Source: a virus
Direction: 5' to 3' (one strand)
Virus record (IMG/VR): IMGVR_UViG_3300045988_023147
DNA length: 45,305 nt
The notes under the pieces were generated by a model that saw only the letters and a list, made by a program, of their open reading frames with translations, made no database searches and had not been told where the DNA came from. The translations under genes and the position numbers were made by a program. Positions 1 through 7,794 of the stretch are shown one piece after another (positions within the stretch are counted from its first letter, which is position 1; the number at the start of each line of letters is the position of its first letter).

Positions 1-55
1 ATCTCCTTTTTGTGTATTTACATCAATCTGGCCAGATTGTAATGTACTATTTCAT
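1..55. repeat. Terminal direct repeat, left copy (identical to 45251-45305)
   Basis: Base-by-base comparison: atctcctttttgtgtatttacatcaatctggccagattgtaatgtactatttcat occurs at both ends. Confidence 0.97.
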
Positions 56-268
56 ATTTTTCAGCAGATTTTGAAACTGCCCTGCCATCTGCTGAACCTG
101 ATTAAGTTGCTGTTGGGAAATCTTCCCAGACTGTAACATCTTCTGAACTTCTGCTTTCGGATCCCCCTTAAAACTCTGCTTGAACTGCATAAACTGCTGT
201 ATCATCTGCATTGGACCGTTACCCTGTGGCATTCCACCACCGAGTGCGTTGAATAATGGATTACTCAT
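47..268 (-). CDS. Small Gln/Met-rich protein (73 aa), unknown function; part of the low-complexity cassette
   Basis: ORF with GGGAGGAA RBS 6 nt upstream. Overlaps the stop of the upstream ORF. Q-rich low-complexity sequence (QMIQQFMQFKQ, QQQLNQVQQMAGQFQ). Confidence 0.7.
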   Translation of the reverse strand: MSNPLFNALGGGMPQGNGPMQMIQQFMQFKQSFKGDPKAEVQKMLQSGKISQQQLNQVQQMAGQFQNLLKNMK

Positions 269-731
269 CTGTGTTTCCTCCCTTGGTCGTTGATTCCTGC
301 ACGGTATTAGCCCTAACAGGTTCAGAAAAAGAATTTAATCGGTTTATGATAGCTTCATATTTGCCCTTTAAATCGTCATATTCCTGTCTGGTGACATATT
401 TATTGTCCATGTTCTGAACAGGCTGTTTAGGCGGCATCTGAGAGCCTACTTCATGATACTCAAACGTCCGTAATGGTTGTGGCATACCGGAAACGTCTGT
501 GGATTTTATGTAGAACTTTTCGCTTTCACTGTCCATCAGCAAAACACTTGTTCCAGGTGCTACCAGATAAGATTTTGCGCCTACTTCGCCAGATACCCAC
601 AGGATTCCATTATTATTCTGCTGTGGTTGCTGTACTGGTTGAGCTGGCATCTGGACAGGTTGCTGTTGGAACTGGTTCATCTGTCCTGGAACGCCGAAAC
701 TATATTGATAAGGATTGTTATATAATGCCAT
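261..731 (-). CDS. Q/P-rich N-terminus plus beta-rich core protein (156 aa), unknown function; first gene of the cassette
   Basis: Start moved to ATG 731 (GAAAGGCGG RBS 8 nt upstream; the track start at 740 is a GTG with no spacing). N-terminal QQQPVQMPAQPVQQPQQ, then LWVSGEVGAKSYLVAPGTSVLLMD. Confidence 0.7.
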   Translation of the reverse strand: MALYNNPYQYSFGVPGQMNQFQQQPVQMPAQPVQQPQQNNNGILWVSGEVGAKSYLVAPGTSVLLMDSESEKFYIKSTDVSGMPQPLRTFEYHEVGSQMPPKQPVQNMDNKYVTRQEYDDLKGKYEAIINRLNSFSEPVRANTVQESTTKGGNTDE

Positions 732-764
732 TTTATACACCGCCTTTCTGATTATATTTTTGCA

Positions 765-800
765 TAAAAAAAGAACCGGAAACAGGTCGTTTCTGGCTCT
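765..800 (-). terminator. Intrinsic terminator after the small HTH gene
   Basis: 12-position stem 772-783/789-800 (one wobble, one mismatch), 5-nt loop. Followed on the minus strand by a 7-U run (plus-strand A-run 766-772). Confidence 0.7.
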
Positions 801-819
801 AATTAGTGTCTAAAAAGTA

Positions 820-1020
820 TCAGCACACTTTAATTATTTTATTGTTTACTCTCCGGCTCAATCGTTTCGCCGTGGATATACTCACGTTCATCTGTTCAGC
901 ACAGTATTCGAGTGTATATTCCTTGCATCTCAGCCGAAACAATCTTTCCTCGTCCGGCGTAAAATTACACTCTACTAAGAATCTGTCTATATCTTTCTTT
1001 GTGAACACATATAATTTCAT
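820..1020 (-). CDS. Small sigma-70 region-4-like / LuxR-type HTH regulator (66 aa)
   Basis: FTPDEERLFRLRCKEYTLEYCAEQMNVSISTAKRLSRRVNNKI resembles a sigma r4.2 HTH. AAGAGG RBS 7 nt before the second ATG (1020). Confidence 0.6.
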   Translation of the reverse strand: MKLYVFTKKDIDRFLVECNFTPDEERLFRLRCKEYTLEYCAEQMNVSISTAKRLSRRVNNKIIKVC

Positions 1021-1043
1021 GAGCATACCTCTTATTAATTCAA

Positions 1044-1349
1044 TTAACGCTGATTCTGTGCAAGATAATTTGTAAGCTTCTGTTTTGTTTTTTTTAATTC
1101 TTCCACATTGTTTCCACTGATCTGACTGTCCAGCATGGTCGAGAGTACTTCAAGAATTAAAGAATCCCTTTCAGCAATCCTTTGAAGACTTTCGTAGTCT
1201 CGCTTATCATGTTCTTCCAGTGTCTCAACTCGCTTGTTGAGTCGGAATGCCGGAGCAATCCACTTAAGGATTACAGCTGCTGCCCCTCCAAAAATTGATA
1301 TTCCTCCGCAGACTGAAAGAAAAAATTGAATAAATTCCTGTATGTTCAT
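1044..1349 (-). CDS. N-terminally membrane-anchored coiled-coil protein (101 aa)
   Basis: Hydrophobic FFLSVCGGISIFGGAAAVILKWIAPAF followed by a charged helical region. Coupled to its neighbours. Confidence 0.6.
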   Translation of the reverse strand: MNIQEFIQFFLSVCGGISIFGGAAAVILKWIAPAFRLNKRVETLEEHDKRDYESLQRIAERDSLILEVLSTMLDSQISGNNVEELKKTKQKLTNYLAQNQR

Positions 1350-1351
1350 TT

Positions 1352-1735
1352 TTATAAGCTCCTTTCCCAGTAATATACCGGGACTTCATTTCCGGAATCC
1401 CATGTATCATAATATTTTCCGTCTTGTACCGTCACCACATGGCCGTCTATGCAGAGAATGTACGTGCCGGTCGGATGATCTGCGCAGAAGTCATTTACTG
1501 TATAAATATACCTCTCTGACTGCTCCACAAGCTTTCTGTGAAATCCATGCTTCGCTAAATATGATCCCCATACATAATTGGCGCTTGGCATATCTGATAG
1601 TGAGCAAGCATATACCATTAATCCTGTAAATACCGTCTCCCAGTCAAGTTCTAACGCCTTACATATAGCCCGGATAGCACAGTCACCTACACGATTCCCA
1701 GCTGGATTCGGATTAAAATATACCCATCTTTCCAT
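1352..1735 (-). CDS. Putative papain-like cysteine peptidase (127 aa)
   Basis: NRVGDCAIRAICKA near the N-terminus, later IDGHVVTV and YDTWD: a Cys...His...Asp order typical of small papain-fold phage proteins. Confidence 0.45.
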   Translation of the reverse strand: MERWVYFNPNPAGNRVGDCAIRAICKALELDWETVFTGLMVYACSLSDMPSANYVWGSYLAKHGFHRKLVEQSERYIYTVNDFCADHPTGTYILCIDGHVVTVQDGKYYDTWDSGNEVPVYYWERSL

Positions 1736-1742
1736 ATCTACC

Positions 1743-2993
1743 TCACTTTGCCCTCATAAATCTTTTTGCCCCGGCATTTGCCCTGGACTGCTGCTTATAT
1801 CCAAAGTCTGCCACCTTATTTCGGTAATATTGTGCTGCAAGATTGTTTTCCTCGCAGAATTTATTATACTCCTTATTCTGTTCAGTCAGTTTAAAAGCCA
1901 TTCGATCATATTCCGATCTTAGTTTTTCTTTTTCAGATTCTGGTACATCGTCTGAGTTGATTTCTTCATTCTTCATTATCAACTTTCTTTTAGTCGCTCT
2001 AATAGAACGCTCCATTGCTCGCTGCTTCTGGGTATCTTCATAGATCTTTTTATTTTCTTCAGAATCCATCTTGTGTTCATCCGCCCAGGGATTCCGTAAT
2101 CCTTTCGCCCATGGTTGGTGAGAGTGACGGCAGTTATATCCATGCAGTCCATGCAGATCCACAACGGTTCCCTGTCCGGTCTTCGGACTTATATCATATC
2201 CAGTGCTTTCCAAAAGATTAGGATATCCCGGTTCCGATCCAACTATTGAGTAAGGCTTTCCCTGCCAGGATGAATGATCTCCGCAAGGCGGCTGTCCTTT
2301 CTGTGCTGTTCTGGCTCCCAGATGGGCTGATACGAGGACGTAATTTGTCTTTGCCTGCACAATGTACTGATTAGTGATCTGCGCCGCTGTCTGGTTCATA
2401 CTTGTTACCACGCAGCACCTCACAGCTGCTTCAAGGGTTCTTTTTGCACCGCTTGTTGGATAATCCACCATAATTCCTTTTTTGGCATAGTTGTCCAACA
2501 CATCACAAATTGCAGAGGTGTAAGATTGCACACCGGAAGTAACACGAATTTCAGCTTTGTCCAGCAGATTAATCAGATCACGCTGAGATTGATTTATGGT
2601 AGTCCTACTCAGGTTACTAAGCTCTCCCAATGTCTTTTTAAACTCTGCATCCATCACCGCTATAACTTCTGGATTTTCCAACGGCGGACTTATATTCTCA
2701 TCAATCCATAAAAGTATATCTTTATCATTATCCCAAGATGTCATCACAGCATTTTGCAGGATCCGTCTAAGTTCTGGCTGTGTCATTTTTGTAAGCTTCT
2801 GCAGTTTCTGTTCAATGGCAGCTCTGCTTTCTCCCATTTGCGTGAGTTTCCAGATAAGCCGATCAGCTGTGGCAGTCATTTTGCCAGTCTGGAGAATACG
2901 CCTGGAAATATCCGTCATTATAAAATCTTCCAATTTCTGATAGATCGAAAGGATCCTTTTTTCTTTTCCGTGGAAATACTCTGGTGGAAGCAT
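1743..2993 (-). CDS. Head morphogenesis / minor capsid protein (SPP1 gp7-like, Phage_min_cap2-like)
   Basis: 416 aa directly downstream of the portal block. N-terminal region and GYNCRHSHQPW motif are typical of gp7-type minor head proteins. Confidence 0.7.
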   Translation of the reverse strand: MLPPEYFHGKEKRILSIYQKLEDFIMTDISRRILQTGKMTATADRLIWKLTQMGESRAAIEQKLQKLTKMTQPELRRILQNAVMTSWDNDKDILLWIDENISPPLENPEVIAVMDAEFKKTLGELSNLSRTTINQSQRDLINLLDKAEIRVTSGVQSYTSAICDVLDNYAKKGIMVDYPTSGAKRTLEAAVRCCVVTSMNQTAAQITNQYIVQAKTNYVLVSAHLGARTAQKGQPPCGDHSSWQGKPYSIVGSEPGYPNLLESTGYDISPKTGQGTVVDLHGLHGYNCRHSHQPWAKGLRNPWADEHKMDSEENKKIYEDTQKQRAMERSIRATKRKLIMKNEEINSDDVPESEKEKLRSEYDRMAFKLTEQNKEYNKFCEENNLAAQYYRNKVADFGYKQQSRANAGAKRFMRAK

Positions 2994-3424
2994 TATTTAC
3001 CACCTGCCGTTTCTTTTACAAGCCGCACCCAATCAGATAGATGTTCCTGCTTAGCACGATCAAACCAGTGATCGGACGTTCCTGTTGTATGGTATTGTAA
3101 TCTTCTCCCTGTGGGTGATTTTTTAGGTGGAGATGTCCATCCGATAATATTGCCTTGTGCATCCTTGAGCGGAATATTCGGACCATATACCTCGCCCGTG
3201 TACAGATAATGAGCGTAAGGAGTATTATATTCAATCTCGCCACCGTCAATTCCCTGCGGGTATCTTACGCTACTTCTCAATGCTCCTTGTTGGAAAGGTA
3301 CATAAGGCTCGCAGTCCGCTACAATCTGCATATTCAGTTTCGTTTGCGCTTCTTTCAAATTGCCATCAATCCGCTTTGTATCGAATTTGATATGTACATT
3401 TCCAACATGATTATTAATCTTCAT
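2993..3424 (-). CDS. Minor capsid / head accessory protein (143 aa)
   Basis: Sits between portal and gp7-like gene. NTPYAHYLYTGEVYG motif resembles small minor-capsid families. ATGA-type coupling. Confidence 0.5.
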   Translation of the reverse strand: MKINNHVGNVHIKFDTKRIDGNLKEAQTKLNMQIVADCEPYVPFQQGALRSSVRYPQGIDGGEIEYNTPYAHYLYTGEVYGPNIPLKDAQGNIIGWTSPPKKSPTGRRLQYHTTGTSDHWFDRAKQEHLSDWVRLVKETAGGK

Positions 3425-3427
3425 AGG

Positions 3428-4879
3428 CTATTCATCCCCAAATAATCCACTTGCTTTGTTTTCCTTATTCGCTTCTTCTGCGAGAGCTTTCGCGTCCTCT
3501 TCGCTAAATCCTTCAAATTTTACCAGATAGTACCAGAACGGAATCTTGCCAGTGGTCACATACTGCCACCATCTCGCACGGTCGTTTTCTCTGACATAGA
3601 GGATGTCTCCAAAATCATAATTGACTTCATAAGCTCCGACAGGTGCAAGCCCGTACAGATCAGCGTAAACGTTCAATGCGTAAATAACTTCATCTAAGCA
3701 AGATTCCAACTTATCCCTTACATCCTTGACGAACTGTACTGTCCTCTGCTGTTCCGCCTCCACTCCTGTAGCCGTCTGAATGCCGCTAGATTCGTTAAAA
3801 ACAAAGTATCCGTTGGAGAATCCAATCTTGTACCCTAACTGGCTTAAAATGGCGTTTATGCCGCTTATACGGGTATCTGTGTTTAGAATCGGATTGATTT
3901 CCTGATAGAACTCTTTTTCATCCTGTCCGAATACGTTTTTCACATAATCTGGCAAACTCATTTCTGAGCATCTGTGTTCCATTGCCTGTGGCGTCATAGC
4001 GGAAACAGGCGAGCCACTTGGCATCAGCAGCCGGTCATCTGCCAGAACAGTCCTCTTAGAATCAAGGATTTCTTTTGCATTACGGCTGTATGCAATGTCC
4101 AGGTCTTTCAACTCTTCAATTGCTTCTGCAAATATCGGTAAGCCGAGTGGTGCACTGATATCCACATTGTTCGCCTGTGGTGTCCGCAGTACTCCGTACA
4201 ACGGCCCGTCCAGCTTCTCACCGTTTGCCTTGAGAATCGGCGGTGTATCTGCCATGAGGTCAGCCCATTTAGTCTGTTTAAGGTCAATCTTATCGCCAAT
4301 GCTCTGAGGGGATTTTGACACATAGGCTCTATTAGAAACATAATACGGATAGGTCGTCACTCCATCCACAGTGGTCTCAACAAAACGATGATATTCGAGC
4401 CGTGTATAGTATTTCCGTCCAACAGTATAAGAATCCTTGAATATAATCCCTTTAATTTCTTGATTGTCATAATCCACGATCATCACATCTGCCGGAGTGA
4501 ATACGTCAAGGCTCTCGCCGTTCGGCTTAATGAACACGGTTCCGTAAGCGCAGCCATATTCCACCCAGTGCCGAATCTGGAAGTATACCTTGTCAATCTG
4601 CTCCTGCAACCATGTTGCCCTTGCAGAACCATCAATCTGAATGCCGATCGCCAATGTTGCAAGTCTGGCAGTCTCAGAACACACAGATTTAGCAAAATTA
4701 ATCGTCTTGATGTTATTTTTATCATCTAACCAGTATGGAACGCCTCGATATATGTTTGCACATTTATTAATCAGTGATTCCATTTCCGGGAACTCTGCTG
4801 CCTGGATATTAAAATCCTCTTCGGCTTGTTTTTTGAATATCATGTTAAACCACCTTTTTAGTGTTGTTATAAGTCCCAT
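3428..4879 (-). CDS. Portal protein (SPP1 Gp6-like)
   Basis: 483 aa, downstream of terL. Size, position and acidic C-terminus are typical of siphophage portals. Confidence 0.8.
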   Translation of the reverse strand: MGLITTLKRWFNMIFKKQAEEDFNIQAAEFPEMESLINKCANIYRGVPYWLDDKNNIKTINFAKSVCSETARLATLAIGIQIDGSARATWLQEQIDKVYFQIRHWVEYGCAYGTVFIKPNGESLDVFTPADVMIVDYDNQEIKGIIFKDSYTVGRKYYTRLEYHRFVETTVDGVTTYPYYVSNRAYVSKSPQSIGDKIDLKQTKWADLMADTPPILKANGEKLDGPLYGVLRTPQANNVDISAPLGLPIFAEAIEELKDLDIAYSRNAKEILDSKRTVLADDRLLMPSGSPVSAMTPQAMEHRCSEMSLPDYVKNVFGQDEKEFYQEINPILNTDTRISGINAILSQLGYKIGFSNGYFVFNESSGIQTATGVEAEQQRTVQFVKDVRDKLESCLDEVIYALNVYADLYGLAPVGAYEVNYDFGDILYVRENDRARWWQYVTTGKIPFWYYLVKFEGFSEEDAKALAEEANKENKASGLFGDE

Positions 4880-4884
4880 TTAAT

Positions 4885-5043
4885 CTACCTTTTAAAATCC
4901 ATCCATCTTACAGAAGTATCTCGCACAATAATGTCTTCATATTCTACAACTTTTAAGATTTCGTTAATGTCAGATGATCCATATATTTTTAAACCGATGC
5001 TTAAGAATTTATTTATTTTATCTGAAAAGTACCTATCTAACAT
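4885..5043 (-). CDS. Small ORF (52 aa) filling the terL-portal gap; below the ORF-track cutoff
   Basis: ATG begins 1 nt after the terL stop (TAA-a-ATG). Reads MLDRYFSDKINKFLSIGLKIYGSSDINEILKVVEYEDIIVRDTSVRWMDFKR. Stops 5 nt before the portal ATG. Confidence 0.5.
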   Translation of the reverse strand: MLDRYFSDKINKFLSIGLKIYGSSDINEILKVVEYEDIIVRDTSVRWMDFKR

Positions 5044-5044
5044 T

Positions 5045-6301
5045 TTATGCACTGTGCCCCCTTCTCATGGACAATGGACTGGTTGCGTATCTGAGAGAAT
5101 CTATCCAATGATCGTTGCCATCTGGATAATCTGCAATCACTTCTCCATTGCTATCTACTTCATGCTCATAATTGATAATTTCCTTGTATGCTCTCGGTGT
5201 TCTTGCTGGATCAATAACCAGTGTTCGACATTGCAGCCACTCAAATGTATATTTACGGCTACCTGGAGTGACTATTGCTCTACGCGCTGGAAGCCCCGCA
5301 TCCCGAAAGTCAATAATGCTTTCTTCTTCATCAACTCCGCAAGAGATTGAGTAATCATCATATCCTTTTTTCTTTATCTGATTAGCCATTTCCTTGTTTC
5401 TTATCTTGGAACCTCCAAGCTCGTCTAATAAAAAAACTTTTTCCTGATTAGGAACATAAGCTACACGAAGAAATGCTTTAGGATCTGGATACCACCCCCA
5501 GTCCTGACCCTGGTAGATGCTTTGAAAGCTCTGAATCTCTTCATCTGTAATTTCTCGAATTTCTAACAGTTCGAAAATATTTGTGCCAAGTCCAACAGGA
5601 AGACCAAGATATTCATGGTCGTAAGCTCTCTGATTTGTCTTTCTCAAATGCTCCGCATCATCAATAAATTGCTGTCCAAGCCATTCAACAGGAACTGATC
5701 TATAATCGCTCTTGTGCCTGTAACTGTCAGTTCTTGGCTCTTCTACGTACACGTTCGCCCAGTTGCTTCGGCTGATCGGTGGATTAAATGTCTTAAATAC
5801 TTCAAATTTGCTTCCACCACGAAGTACAGACTGTTGGACTGTACGGATTTCTTCAATTCCGGCAAACTCATCAAGCTCCTCAAACCAAAGGTACTTGAAA
5901 TATCCTTTTTTTACTTTTATGGACTTTGTTTTCTTAGCTTTATCCAGTCCTCTGAATATGATCTTTTGTCCTGTTGGCTTATACACATATTGCATAGGAC
6001 TTAAACTGTCAGCCCACAAATCACTTACTCCAAGCGCATCAATCCCCCATGCGATCTGTTCATACACAGATTCTCTGAGCGTATTACCGACTTTCCGAAA
6101 GATTACAGCATTTGACATTAAGCCGTTCTCCGCATCCTGCATCATCTGAAACGGAATCATGCTGCCTACAAAAGATGATTTTGTAGATCCGCGTCCGCCA
6201 TACAGATCATAGTAAGTGTGTTTACCATCTAAAATATCCCAAAACACATCGTAAAATGCCGGTGCTACAATCTCATTCAGTTTGATAGCATTACTTTCCA
6301 T
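5045..6301 (-). CDS. terL: Terminase large subunit (PBSX/Terminase_3-6 type)
   Basis: Walker A LYGGRGSTKSSF, 418 aa, C-terminal nuclease-like acidic motifs. Overlaps terS by 11 nt. Confidence 0.9.
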   Translation of the reverse strand: MESNAIKLNEIVAPAFYDVFWDILDGKHTYYDLYGGRGSTKSSFVGSMIPFQMMQDAENGLMSNAVIFRKVGNTLRESVYEQIAWGIDALGVSDLWADSLSPMQYVYKPTGQKIIFRGLDKAKKTKSIKVKKGYFKYLWFEELDEFAGIEEIRTVQQSVLRGGSKFEVFKTFNPPISRSNWANVYVEEPRTDSYRHKSDYRSVPVEWLGQQFIDDAEHLRKTNQRAYDHEYLGLPVGLGTNIFELLEIREITDEEIQSFQSIYQGQDWGWYPDPKAFLRVAYVPNQEKVFLLDELGGSKIRNKEMANQIKKKGYDDYSISCGVDEEESIIDFRDAGLPARRAIVTPGSRKYTFEWLQCRTLVIDPARTPRAYKEIINYEHEVDSNGEVIADYPDGNDHWIDSLRYATSPLSMRRGHSA

Positions 6302-6743
6302 CCTGTTTCTCCGGTCTTGGAATATTATTCACAATCATAATCTTTCCATCTCCAGAATCATCATTTTTCTTGTCAGCATCCCATCCCTTAAAATTATTTC
6401 TCAAGCTGAACTGAGCGCCATTTGAACCGTCACGATCAAATAGCCTTTCCTCTGCGTACTGTTCTACCATACTCTTCGCGCGCGTTATCGTGTTACAAAA
6501 TTCCTCTTTTCCTTGGTATCTTAATAAATCCAATCTGCTTGTAAATCCTAATGCGAGAGCTAAACCAGTTACTGTTGGAGGCTTTCGATTAATAACCACC
6601 GGATTTCCAAATTTATTCAATACAGTTTTTCCATTATCATCTTTTAATATTTCACCTTCGCATTCTTTGAAATAGGTGTCAATTTTTTCTTCAATTTCGT
6701 TCACCGTCTTATATATTGGTGGTCTTCCTACCTGTTTTCCCAC
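6291..6743 (-). CDS. terS: Terminase small subunit (HTH type)
   Basis: GTG start at 6743 with GGAGG RBS 7 nt upstream. GRPPIYKTVNEIEEKIDTYF and PTVTGLALALGF are typical terS HTH signatures. Confidence 0.75.
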   Translation of the reverse strand: MGKQVGRPPIYKTVNEIEEKIDTYFKECEGEILKDDNGKTVLNKFGNPVVINRKPPTVTGLALALGFTSRLDLLRYQGKEEFCNTITRAKSMVEQYAEERLFDRDGSNGAQFSLRNNFKGWDADKKNDDSGDGKIMIVNNIPRPEKQDGK

Positions 6744-6755
6744 GTTCTCACCTCC

Positions 6756-6818
6756 AAACAAAAACTGCCATATATGGCATATAGTCATAGATATATACTA
6801 TATTACCATACATGGCAG
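6756..6818 (-). terminator. Large intrinsic terminator in the terS leader
   Basis: 13-bp arms 6806-6818/6765-6777; the single mismatch is a G-U only in the minus-sense RNA. Inner 6-bp stem TATAGT/ACTATA. Followed by UUUUUGUUU abutting the terS RBS. Confidence 0.65.
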
Positions 6819-6838
6819 AAAAATTTGTCCCCACATTT
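6797..6838 (-). promoter_or_regulatory. Late promoter 1: conserved box AAATGTGGGGACAA, 22-nt spacer, TATAGT
   Basis: Box at 6825-6838 and -10 at 6797-6802 (minus sense). The same box and the same 22-nt spacing recur at 43310-43351. The -10 lies inside the terminator loop. Confidence 0.55.
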
Positions 6839-6855
6839 TAATATTAATTGTAGTA

Positions 6856-7155
6856 TTATATTTCTCTTAGTTTTCTTAAAGTATCATAAAACATAGCCAT
6901 TGCCTTGCGCTTGTATGCATAGAAATCATCTCGCTTTGCCGGTATGTATTTTGTCTTCATGATACGGTCATAGGATTTGTTTGTTACAATAGATTCGTAC
7001 ACCAAAAGTTCAATCCCTGGCGGGCAAGAGCTTATGCAGCAGTGTAAAATATCGTGTCTCTGCTCTGGTGTAGCTTTCTGGCATATATCCTTTAAGCGGT
7101 TAATGTCCTCTGGATATACACCAAAATCAACAAGTGACTTTTGCCTGGTTCGCAT
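6856..7155 (-). CDS. Putative late-gene activator (RinA/ArpU-like, sigma r4-like C-terminus), 99 aa
   Basis: Last gene before the terS leader. C-terminal AKRDDFYAYKRKAMAMFYDTL matches the xxFYRxKRKAxxxF ending of ArpU/RinA-type regulators. Confidence 0.5.
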   Translation of the reverse strand: MRTRQKSLVDFGVYPEDINRLKDICQKATPEQRHDILHCCISSCPPGIELLVYESIVTNKSYDRIMKTKYIPAKRDDFYAYKRKAMAMFYDTLRKLREI

Positions 7156-7176
7156 ATCATCACCGCCTTTTTATTG

Positions 7177-7272
7177 CTATTTACGCTTGCCGCCAAAATG
7201 TGCAACCAAGAAAATAGTGCCAAATGACCCGAATATTATTCCGAATGTAAATGCTATTAAACTATCAATCAT
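7177..7272 (-). CDS. 31-aa hydrophobic peptide (single TM), below the ORF-track cutoff
   Basis: ATGA overlap with the MazG stop. MIDSLIAFTFGIIFGSFGTIFLVAHFGGKRK. Followed by the RBS of the next gene. Confidence 0.45.
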   Translation of the reverse strand: MIDSLIAFTFGIIFGSFGTIFLVAHFGGKRK

Positions 7273-7705
7273 TCTTTTCCATCCTTTCTTCTTCTCTTGC
7301 CTGTTTCTTCTCAATCCACTTATTAATTTTCTCATCGGATATCATGTACATTTGCTTTAGCATTTCGATGCAGATCAACACATCTGCAATTTCTTCTATC
7401 ATGTTATCACGGTTGATTTTTCCACGCTTTGCCTTGCTGATTGCTTGGATAAGTTCTGCGCATTCTTCCATGCAGACCGTGCTTTGATTGTTTTTTCCAT
7501 AGTGCTGAATGCTATTTGCGATAATACCTTTATCAATCTTTATCCCTGTGATTAATCCGGCAAGAGCCTTTGTTCCAGAATCACACGCCCATGCTTCTTT
7601 TAGATATTTCTTCTGCCATTCATCTTTGATTTCTGAATTTCCCAAGAAACATAAATGCTGGTCTCTCATATCTGATAAGATGTCTTTTGCTTCTTTAACG
7701 TCCAT
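7265..7705 (-). CDS. MazG-like nucleotide pyrophosphohydrolase
   Basis: EECAELIQAISKAKRGK ... EEIADVLICIEMLK: the paired EExxE/ExxD helices typical of MazG. Confidence 0.7.
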   Translation of the reverse strand: MDVKEAKDILSDMRDQHLCFLGNSEIKDEWQKKYLKEAWACDSGTKALAGLITGIKIDKGIIANSIQHYGKNNQSTVCMEECAELIQAISKAKRGKINRDNMIEEIADVLICIEMLKQMYMISDEKINKWIEKKQAREEERMEKND

Positions 7706-7794
7706 TTTTTACCTTTCATCCCCATAATTTTCCACAAATAACACATTTGTATATATGCCCTCTTCTGTGATGATAGCATTTAGTCCATAAATGT

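Noticed and set aside
473-751. Plus-strand ORFs antisense to minus-strand genes. This example and many others are in the track, e.g. 15474-16154 (226 aa), 43338-43877 (179 aa), 35251-35679, 14174-14632 and 4931-5350.
   Set aside because: They lie fully inside better minus-strand genes with recognisable products and lack RBSs. Their Phe/Ile/Leu/Ser-rich composition is typical of the antisense frame of AT-rich genes.
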